Source: an uncultured Hellea sp. (GTDB taxonomy: Bacteria > Pseudomonadota > Alphaproteobacteria > Caulobacterales > Maricaulaceae). From it: 39,895 nucleotides of DNA. The notes beneath the pieces are model-generated. The model had not been told where the DNA came from. It did no database searches and saw only the letters and a program-made list of their open reading frames with translations. The stretch is taken from assembly GCA_964418815.1 (NCBI GenBank), contig CAYQNQ010000003.1:5528-45422 (forward strand), written 5' to 3'. The translations under genes were made by a program, and so were the position numbers. This document shows, piece after piece, positions 31,857 through 38,962 of this stretch. Each line of letters opens with the position of its first letter. Position 1 is the first letter of the stretch.

Positions 31857-33376
31857 TATTCAATGGAGTCGAAATCCGGCTCTACGCCTTCTTTCTTGGC
31901 TTGAAAGTAAAGCCGCGCCATTTTGAAGACCAGCGGAGAAAGAAGCAGGAGAGCTATCAGGTTCGGCGCCGCCATCAGACCCGTCAGCGTATCCGCAATC
32001 AACCAGAAAATATTGACGATGTTTGATATACTGCCTTCGAGCGCCAAGACTGCAGCGCCGGCAAATACAACAACAACCCAACTTATCCGGTAAGGAAGGA
32101 TGCTTTTTTCTCCAAAAAGAAATGCGCAGCACCGTTCCCCATAATAGGACCACCCCAGAATTGTGGTGAAGCCGAAGACGACCAGGCCAAGGGTCACAAT
32201 ATGCTTTCCTAAATTCGTTAGCGATGCATCAAATGCGGCAACCGTAAGAGGCGCGCCTGTATCACAGCCTGCTGCTTGTTTTCCAGCAAACAAATCTTTC
32301 ACATTCTCAGGATTTGGAAAACACTGAGGTTCGAGAACTCCGGAAGTCAATATAATTAGGGCCGTAATTGTACAAACTATTAGTGTGTCGATGACGGTCC
32401 CCAGCATGGCGACCAAACCTTGATTGACCGGGTCTTTGTTTCGGGCGGCTGCATGGGCGATTGGCGCTGATCCTTGACCGGCTTCGTTAGAGAAAATGCC
32501 GCGTGCAACACCTTTTTGCATGGCTAGCATCAGTAGACCGATGGTTATCCCGGTCGTTGCTTCATGATAACCAAAAGCGCCTTTAAATATCATACCGAAT
32601 GCGGCTGGAACTTCGCTGATGTTCATTCCTATGACGACAATGCCTGCCATGAAATAGGATAAAGCCATAAAAGGTACAACGCCACTGGCGACGATTCCAA
32701 TACGTTCAATTCCGCCGATTATTACAGCGGCCGCCCCTGCAGCTAAAACGACGCCTGTAAATATAGGCGGGATTCCATAAGTTCCGTTCAGCGCGTCAGC
32801 GACCGAATTGGACTGGATTGAGGCCCCGGTTCCCCAGGCGGCCAACATTCCAAAAATTGCAAAGGTTACGGCAAGCCATTTCCATTTGGGGCCCAGTCCG
32901 TTCTTAATATAATACATAGGACCGCCCACTCGATTACCATTGGCATCGATTTCTCGAAATCTTACGGCCAAAACCCCTTCAGAGAATTTGGTGGCAGTAC
33001 CAACAATGGCTGTCATCCACATCCAGAAAATGGCACCGGGTCCGCCGATCGCAATCGCGGCGGCCACACCGGCAATATTACCGGTGCCGATAGTAGAAGA
33101 TAGAGCCGTCATTAGAGCTGCGAAGGGGGAAACATCCCCTTCTTCTTTGTCTCCGGATCTTTTTCTAAAAAGTTGCTTAAATCCATAAGGAACGCGAAGA
33201 ATGGACATTCCGCGTAATCCAACCGTCAAAAAGGCGCCGGTTAGAAGCAGAAGTGCCAGCATGGGAATACCCCAAACAATCCCGTTTAATACCTCGATCA
33301 ACCCTATAAATCCATCGTTCTGAATTTTAGCGGCAGAATTAGAAAACCAGTCTGTCAGCCAATTGAACACGAGCAT
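31856..33376 (-). CDS. Alanine/glycine:cation symporter (AGCS family)
   Basis: 506 aa, polytopic. AGCS hallmarks are present: SPFAALMTALSSTIGTGNIAGVAAAI..GGPGAIFWMW and FSNEAGQGSAPIAHAAA. Its stop overlaps the GNAT start by 1 nt (TAATG). Confidence 0.9.
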   Translation of the reverse strand: MLVFNWLTDWFSNSAAKIQNDGFIGLIEVLNGIVWGIPMLALLLLTGAFLTVGLRGMSILRVPYGFKQLFRKRSGDKEEGDVSPFAALMTALSSTIGTGNIAGVAAAIAIGGPGAIFWMWMTAIVGTATKFSEGVLAVRFREIDANGNRVGGPMYYIKNGLGPKWKWLAVTFAIFGMLAAWGTGASIQSNSVADALNGTYGIPPIFTGVVLAAGAAAVIIGGIERIGIVASGVVPFMALSYFMAGIVVIGMNISEVPAAFGMIFKGAFGYHEATTGITIGLLMLAMQKGVARGIFSNEAGQGSAPIAHAAARNKDPVNQGLVAMLGTVIDTLIVCTITALIILTSGVLEPQCFPNPENVKDLFAGKQAAGCDTGAPLTVAAFDASLTNLGKHIVTLGLVVFGFTTILGWSYYGERCCAFLFGEKSILPYRISWVVVVFAGAAVLALEGSISNIVNIFWLIADTLTGLMAAPNLIALLLLSPLVFKMARLYFQAKKEGVEPDFDSIE

Positions 33377-33501
33377 TCCCCTTGAAAATTTTCGCCGAAC
33401 ATAAGGGTCTGCATCGGTTGCGCAAGACCCTATTAAATTTTATCTTTCCACAGGCTTGCGACTCCTATAGGGAAGCGCCTTCGATTTCACCGGAGTATCT
33501 T

Positions 33502-34695
33502 ATGTTTGAGAGTCTCGAAGCCCGACCGACTGATGCCATTATGGCCGTGATGCAGCTTGCCAAAGCGGACAATAGTCCCAATAAAATTGATTTAGGGGCC
33601 GGCATTTATAAGACCGAGGACGGTGCGACACCGATCATGCGGGCCGTTGCAATGGCGTCCAAGATAAATCTGACATACGAGATTACAAAATCCTATGTGG
33701 GCACGATTGGTAATGCGGCGTTTAGGACAGAAATGCTCGATTTGATTTTCGGGGCTGAGTATGGGCCTCTAAAAAATAATCTGATTGCCAGCGCCCAGGC
33801 CACAGGCGGTTCTGGGGCCTTGCGCCTCGGCGCCGAACTCATCATGTCAGCCGGCGGTTCGGCCCGAGTCTGGGTGCCGACGCCGACCTGGGCCAATCAT
33901 ACACCGCTAATCGGTTCCGCAGGCCTGACCATCAAACAATATCCCTATTACAACAAGGCAACGCTCAGTGTGGATTTTGACGATATGCTGGCCTGTCTCA
34001 AAGACGAGGCCAGGCCTGGTGACGTCATTATCATTCATGGCTGTTGTCATAACCCGACCGGCGCGGATCTCTCCAAAGAAGAATGGGATCACCTCGCGCC
34101 ATTCCTGCGAGACCACGGTCTGATCCCATTTGTGGATCTGGCTTATTTCGGATTGGGGCATGGGGTTGAGGAGGATACTTACGGTTTACGGCTGGTGGGA
34201 GAAACCTGCCCGGAAACTTTGATAGCTGCGTCATGCTCAAAAAATTTCGCCCTATATAAAGAGCGTGTTGGTCTTGTGGCCGCCATAACCAATTCGCCAG
34301 ACCAGGCAAAGCTGGTTCAGGATCAATTCGGTGCGCTGCAGCGCCGCCTGACATCTATGCCGCCCGATCACGGCGCTACTCTGGTTGCAACAATTCTGGG
34401 CGACGCGTCTTTGCGTAAGGTCTGGTCTGAAGAGCTGGATGAAATGCGGGTCCGTATGCAGGTTCTGCGTAAACAGCTGTCTGATGCCCTTCGGGTGCAA
34501 GGTGCCGCAAATATCGCCAATGCCGTTCTCGGGCAAAACGGCATGTTTTCCACGCTGCCATTATCGCCTGAGCAAGTGGACAAACTGCGAACCGGTCATT
34601 CCATCTATATGATGCCGTCCGGCCGGATGAACATCGCCGGTGCAAACGCGAGCAATATTCCGAATTTGGCAAACGCGATTCTTGATGTATTATGA
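33502..34695 (+). CDS. Aromatic-amino-acid / aspartate aminotransferase (class I, AspC/TyrB type)
   Basis: 397 aa from the ATG at 33502 (SD GGAG). It opens MFESLEARPTDAIM...LGAGIYKTEDG, has the PTWANH motif, and has the PLP-lysine motif SCSKNFALYKERVG. I cannot tell AspC from TyrB by eye. Confidence 0.85.
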   Translation: MFESLEARPTDAIMAVMQLAKADNSPNKIDLGAGIYKTEDGATPIMRAVAMASKINLTYEITKSYVGTIGNAAFRTEMLDLIFGAEYGPLKNNLIASAQATGGSGALRLGAELIMSAGGSARVWVPTPTWANHTPLIGSAGLTIKQYPYYNKATLSVDFDDMLACLKDEARPGDVIIIHGCCHNPTGADLSKEEWDHLAPFLRDHGLIPFVDLAYFGLGHGVEEDTYGLRLVGETCPETLIAASCSKNFALYKERVGLVAAITNSPDQAKLVQDQFGALQRRLTSMPPDHGATLVATILGDASLRKVWSEELDEMRVRMQVLRKQLSDALRVQGAANIANAVLGQNGMFSTLPLSPEQVDKLRTGHSIYMMPSGRMNIAGANASNIPNLANAILDVL

Positions 34696-34698
34696 GGC

Positions 34699-34956
34699 AT
34701 GAGGAAAACCCTTAAAAAGGGCCGCGGAGATTTCCGCCGTAAGGTTAAACTCTGGGGCATTGAAGGCGGCAGCATCGTCCCTTGTCCAAACCATCCCGAG
34801 GTTTTGCTGGAATCCGAAGACGGTCCGCAGGGCGGACATAAAGTCATTCAGTACGCCTGGGCAATCGGACATATCAGCAGCGACGCGCAAGCGGCTAAGG
34901 ATTTGCTGGACGAAATTATGCGAGACCTGCCCAAAACCTGTCCGAAATGCGGCTAA
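34699..34956 (+). CDS. Possible small basic protein with split Cys pairs (CPNH...CPKCG), zinc-ribbon-like
   Basis: 85-aa ORF starting 3 nt after the aminotransferase stop. Two alternative ORFs (34760-35017 plus strand, 34690-34974 minus strand) cover the same DNA, so coding status is uncertain. Confidence 0.3.
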   Translation: MRKTLKKGRGDFRRKVKLWGIEGGSIVPCPNHPEVLLESEDGPQGGHKVIQYAWAIGHISSDAQAAKDLLDEIMRDLPKTCPKCG

Positions 34957-35026
34957 TCCAAATGCCACTGACATTGGCGGGCTCAGGGCTCTTGCATCCT
35001 TTTTGAGGCCTCATTAGGTTTTCATT

Positions 35027-35956
35027 ATGAATAATCGCGGCCAATCCACCCAAATCATTTTAGCCATGTTTGGCATATTGGCTTTGACCGGCTATATTAT
35101 GTGGGGGGTAAATGGTGTCATCGGCGCTGTGCTTTTGTCTCTGTTTTTGATTTATTCGGTCAGCCGCGCATCGCCTAAAATGCTCCTGAAGATGTATAAA
35201 GCCAAAGCGCTTGGGCCCCGGGATTTACCTGAATTACAAGACCTGTTTGACCGGCTCGTTGAACGCGCCGAACTGGAACACCCGCCAACCCTTTATTACG
35301 TGCCCTCTAAAATGCTCAACGCCTTTGCGACAGGCCGCGAAGAACAGGCCGTTGTGGCCGTCACCCATGGTCTTTTGCAGCATATGAACAACCGGGAAAT
35401 CGCCGGTGTTTTGGCCCACGAGCTATCCCACATCAAGCACAAAGATGTCTGGGTCATGGGCCTGGCCGATGTGTTTTCGCGGCTGACCAATACAATGGGT
35501 CAAATCGGGCAGTTAATGCTCCTTTTGTCTTTGGGCGCGCTTCTTCTCGACATTAAACCGCCTATCCCCATGTTATGTGTCGTTGTGCTTCTATTGGCGC
35601 CGCTCGGATCGACGCTCTTGCAGCTGGCCCTGTCGCGCACCCGCGAATATGAAGCGGATTTGGGCGCCGTGCGCATTACAGGCGATCCGGCCGGTCTGGC
35701 TTCCGCGCTCCAGAAGGTCGAAAAGGCCAAAAAGAGCTGGCTACAGGCTGTCATGCCGGGCCGGAAAATTCCGGAGCCGGCCATGCTGCGGACCCATCCT
35801 CCCACGCAGGAGCGGGTTGAGCGCCTCATGGCGCTGGAAGGCGGCCTTGATGTACCCGTGCCCGTATCTATCCCTGAGCTCATGGTCAATCCGCCGCGCG
35901 GGTATGAGGTCCGACGACGGCCACGCTGGCACGTCATATCCGGTCTTTGGTACTAA
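35027..35956 (+). CDS. M48 family zinc metalloprotease (HtpX-like)
   Basis: 309 aa. It has N-terminal TM helices, the HExxH motif HELSHIKHKD, further TM helices, then a downstream REYEAD third-ligand region. Confidence 0.85.
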   Translation: MNNRGQSTQIILAMFGILALTGYIMWGVNGVIGAVLLSLFLIYSVSRASPKMLLKMYKAKALGPRDLPELQDLFDRLVERAELEHPPTLYYVPSKMLNAFATGREEQAVVAVTHGLLQHMNNREIAGVLAHELSHIKHKDVWVMGLADVFSRLTNTMGQIGQLMLLLSLGALLLDIKPPIPMLCVVVLLLAPLGSTLLQLALSRTREYEADLGAVRITGDPAGLASALQKVEKAKKSWLQAVMPGRKIPEPAMLRTHPPTQERVERLMALEGGLDVPVPVSIPELMVNPPRGYEVRRRPRWHVISGLWY

Positions 35957-36359
35957 AAAAGATCCCGACCCTTGGGACAAGGGCCAGGAAGGGAATTACC
36001 TTGGTGGAGGTAATAAATGATGCGGGGAGGGACGACCCGCACACAAGGGATGACACATTAATGGCGGAACCCGCCGGAAAAATCACTTAAAGCTTACGCC
36101 ACATTTTTGTGACTCTGGGTGACAGAAACGTGAGACGACGTGAACACATTCTGTGCGGAGCTATGGTTAATATATGAGTCGGGTCCCGGCGCCCGCATTG
36201 CGCCCAGTTATCGGGCTATTGATCATTGGATTGGGCTAAACGTGGTAGTCCAGCCTGTTTCATATAGATCTCATACCGGGGCCCACCACGCCTATGTAAA
36301 TTCCTCTTGATAATTTTTTATGTATCGCCAAATTGCCATCTTCTGAGTTGGGGGACTTA

Positions 36360-38939
36360 ATGGCCGATAATAATCAAAATGACGAATATGAATCCGTCGA
36401 TTTTTACAGGACGCACAGCCAATCCGTAGATAACGGGTTTTCAAGATTTTCAGTCGGCGGAAAATATTATTTTTGTTATTATGCTGACGGCGACGTATTT
36501 CTAATCAGCCAGGCCTATACGGCAGAGAAGGGCCGGGATAACGGCATAGAGTCGGTCCGGAAAAATGCGCAAATCCAAAAACGCTTTCGAATTGGTGAGC
36601 GCAGGGATGGCCGAATGGGCGTCAGTCTTGTTGCGGGAAATCATCAGGAAATCGCTGTCTCCGGCCCAATTGCGTCCCAGGCCCGTGCGCAGTCGCTGAT
36701 TTCAAAGATGAGCGGATCGTCCAGACTTGAAACAACCGGAGCGGCCAAAGTGCCAAAAAAAGCGAAGGTAAAGCCAGCACCTGCAAGAAAATCCAGAGAG
36801 CAGGATTACCGTCCCTTGGCGTTTTATCAAAACAATGTCGACAGTTCGGTTGATGGATTCACGACGTTTGTGGGTGAAGACGACCTGCATTATTTTACAT
36901 ATAATGTAGACAGCCGAATCGAGCTTATATCCGAAGGATATGGCAGCGAAGATGCCATGCTAAACGGCGTCGACTCTGTTATTCGAAATATGCCGGATGT
37001 TGACCGATATGTTTTCAAGAAATTTAAGAGCGGCAAACGCGATTACAGGATAAAAGCGCGTAACGGTAAGGAAATTGCCCGGTCTGTCTGGTATGATTCG
37101 CTGGAAGGCGCCGAGCAGGGCGCCGGATCGGTTCGTTCTTTTTTTGACGGCCGCGCGCCTTCCGGTGCCACGCGGACGCGCCGGTCCTGGTATGCTGGGA
37201 GCCGGGGATATGTTCAGAAGCCCATGGATACTTATTATGTCCAGAAAGAAAAACCCCGGAAACGACCAGCCAAAACAGATGAGCTGGAAACCCAAAAGCG
37301 GCGTAACAAAGCCTCTAATCTGGAAGCGGCTAAATCCAAAACGTCTCCTGTAGAAAAGCGAAAATCAGCGCCCTCTCTATCCAAGAAAGCCAAGTCAAAA
37401 CCACGATTGAGCGGAGCTGGCCGCGCCAGTGCTTTAGCCGCCTCAATTTCCGGAGCGAAGCCTGCCAAAGCTGCCAAACCCAAAGCAACAAAGCCTAAAG
37501 CAACAAAATCTAAGTCGGCAAAACCAAAGACAAGCAGTGCCGCGAAAACGGTCAAGCCCAAAACGTCGCCTGCGAAAATTATCAAGGTGAAAGCCAAAGC
37601 CGTTGCGGCGCCGGTTGAAAAACCGAAAGTCAAAAAGGTCAAAGCGAAAGCGAAACCAAAAGCGGCGGTTAAAACAACGTCTAAAAAACCTGCCGCAAAA
37701 AAACCGGCGCCGAAGCCGGTTGCGGTTAAGAAGCCGGTCACCGCCAAGAAAGCGCGGATAGCGCCGAAGGCGGCAGCGCCCACGAAATCCAAGGTCAAGC
37801 AGACGAAAGTTAAAGTGAAAAGGGTCAAAGCGAAAACCGTTCGTACGGTTGCTGCCAAGCCCAAAGTCAAGCGGGTTAAAGTTAAACCGGCCGCAATTGC
37901 GGCGGCCGCTGCCGGTACGGCTATAGCAGCCAAGGCTGCTGCGGATATAGCTCCGGCCAAACCGGTTGAGCCCAGGATTGAAAAACCTGTTATTCCCAAG
38001 GCCGCCGCGCCAACGCCAACTCCAACGCCCAGACCAGTTCCGCCTCCGCCCCCTCCGCCCACACCTGCGCCGGTTATGTCAGAGGCTGCTCCCGTAGCTG
38101 CGCCAATTGCTGCCCCTGTTGCGGCTAAGGCCGCTGCCATCGGCACAGGGACCGCCGCAGCTGTCGCGACGGGACAGGCCGGCGGCGGCTTTAGATGGAT
38201 CTGGCTGCTATTGCCTCTATTATTAATACTGGCATTATTCGGATTAAAGCAATGTATCCCTGCGAAAACGGCGGTCACGCCGGTGCTTGCCGAATCTGAG
38301 GCCAGCACAGCCGTGGAAGCCGTGAAAGACATTACGGAACCGGCCTTGGAAGCGCCGCCCGCAGTGGAACCGCCGCCCGCGCCAGAGCCGACGCCTGAAC
38401 CCGCACCCGCACCCGAGCCCATGCCGGAGCCGGTCGAACCCGTGGTCGAGACCGTCCCAGAACCAGTTGTCATAGCTGAAAAACCCATGCCTAAACCAAT
38501 AGAGGCCATCAGCTATTGTGGACCGTCCAATGTTTCGATTTTCAACGTTGCAGATAATTCGGCGCCCAAAAACGTCACAAGGCTCGGAACTTATCCGGAG
38601 TTTGGTGACAGCCATGGTCTTACGCCGGCGCAATTTTATGACAAATTGAATCTGCGCTATCAGACCAATGACTTTGACCGAAAATATCTGGACTATTTAT
38701 TCCGGTCGATGGGATATAGTCAGGGGTTTGCAGACGCCAAAGCCGCATATTTTTCTGATGATACACTTGTTCGGGGCTCCAAGGGATTACTCGGATATGG
38801 ACCTTTCCACGGACTGGAGTATTCACAGCTCAATGTGGCATCAGACCGGGATTTACGGGCTTTCCGCATTCAGGCTGCCAATGGCTCCAGTGTCTATTTC
38901 ATGAAAACCTGCGGCAATTATATGTATGTTTGTCAGTAA
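36360..38939 (+). CDS. Chimeric single-pass membrane protein: 4 YegP/DUF1508-like repeats + Lys/Ala/Pro-rich tract + TM + Pro/Glu-rich spacer + orphan C-terminal domain
   Basis: 859 aa from the ATG at 36360 (SD GGGGGA; the ORF track begins at a TTG at 36333). The YegP-like units are ...LISQAYTAEKGRDNGIESVRKNA, ...EIAVSGPIASQARAQSLISKM, ...LISEGYGSEDAMLNGVDSVIRNM and ...GKEIARSVWYDSLEGAEQGAGSVRSFF. KP/KA-rich repeats follow. The TM helix is FRWIWLLLPLLLILALFGL, followed by a PEPxPEP spacer. Confidence 0.75.
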   Translation: MADNNQNDEYESVDFYRTHSQSVDNGFSRFSVGGKYYFCYYADGDVFLISQAYTAEKGRDNGIESVRKNAQIQKRFRIGERRDGRMGVSLVAGNHQEIAVSGPIASQARAQSLISKMSGSSRLETTGAAKVPKKAKVKPAPARKSREQDYRPLAFYQNNVDSSVDGFTTFVGEDDLHYFTYNVDSRIELISEGYGSEDAMLNGVDSVIRNMPDVDRYVFKKFKSGKRDYRIKARNGKEIARSVWYDSLEGAEQGAGSVRSFFDGRAPSGATRTRRSWYAGSRGYVQKPMDTYYVQKEKPRKRPAKTDELETQKRRNKASNLEAAKSKTSPVEKRKSAPSLSKKAKSKPRLSGAGRASALAASISGAKPAKAAKPKATKPKATKSKSAKPKTSSAAKTVKPKTSPAKIIKVKAKAVAAPVEKPKVKKVKAKAKPKAAVKTTSKKPAAKKPAPKPVAVKKPVTAKKARIAPKAAAPTKSKVKQTKVKVKRVKAKTVRTVAAKPKVKRVKVKPAAIAAAAAGTAIAAKAAADIAPAKPVEPRIEKPVIPKAAAPTPTPTPRPVPPPPPPPTPAPVMSEAAPVAAPIAAPVAAKAAAIGTGTAAAVATGQAGGGFRWIWLLLPLLLILALFGLKQCIPAKTAVTPVLAESEASTAVEAVKDITEPALEAPPAVEPPPAPEPTPEPAPAPEPMPEPVEPVVETVPEPVVIAEKPMPKPIEAISYCGPSNVSIFNVADNSAPKNVTRLGTYPEFGDSHGLTPAQFYDKLNLRYQTNDFDRKYLDYLFRSMGYSQGFADAKAAYFSDDTLVRGSKGLLGYGPFHGLEYSQLNVASDRDLRAFRIQAANGSSVYFMKTCGNYMYVCQ

Positions 38940-38962
38940 GCCGTCTAAAAGCAGATAGCTGT

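Noticed and set aside
33382-33501. 40-codon N-terminal extension of the aminotransferase ORF that would leave only 5 nt to the divergent transporter gene
   Set aside because: AspC/TyrB-type enzymes begin at MFE.L... and are about 397 aa. The ATG at 33502 has a GGAG SD and restores a normal divergent promoter region.
36002-36040. The minus strand reads ...CCTCCACCA, reminiscent of a tmRNA/tRNA-like 3' acceptor end
   Set aside because: The preceding sequence has no T-arm (no GGTTCGA-type loop) and no pairing 5' acceptor strand. No alpha-type tag-peptide reading frame (ANDN...-like) is nearby.
37235-38509. 424-aa minus-strand ORF rich in Gly/Ala/Thr/Phe, antisense to the large chimeric protein gene
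   Set aside because: It is the mirror image of the Lys/Ala/Pro- and Pro/Glu-rich low-complexity coding sequence: AAR/GCN/CCN repeats read as GGN/GCN/TTY on the other strand. It has no start context or domain, and the plus-strand frame carries recognisable YegP repeats and a TM helix.
36360-38939. Idea that the large low-complexity protein is the missing cargo of the type I secretion system
   Set aside because: It has an internal TM helix and cysteines. It has no RTX/GGxGxD repeats or acidic unstructured C-terminal signal. It also lies about 20 kb away behind unrelated housekeeping genes.
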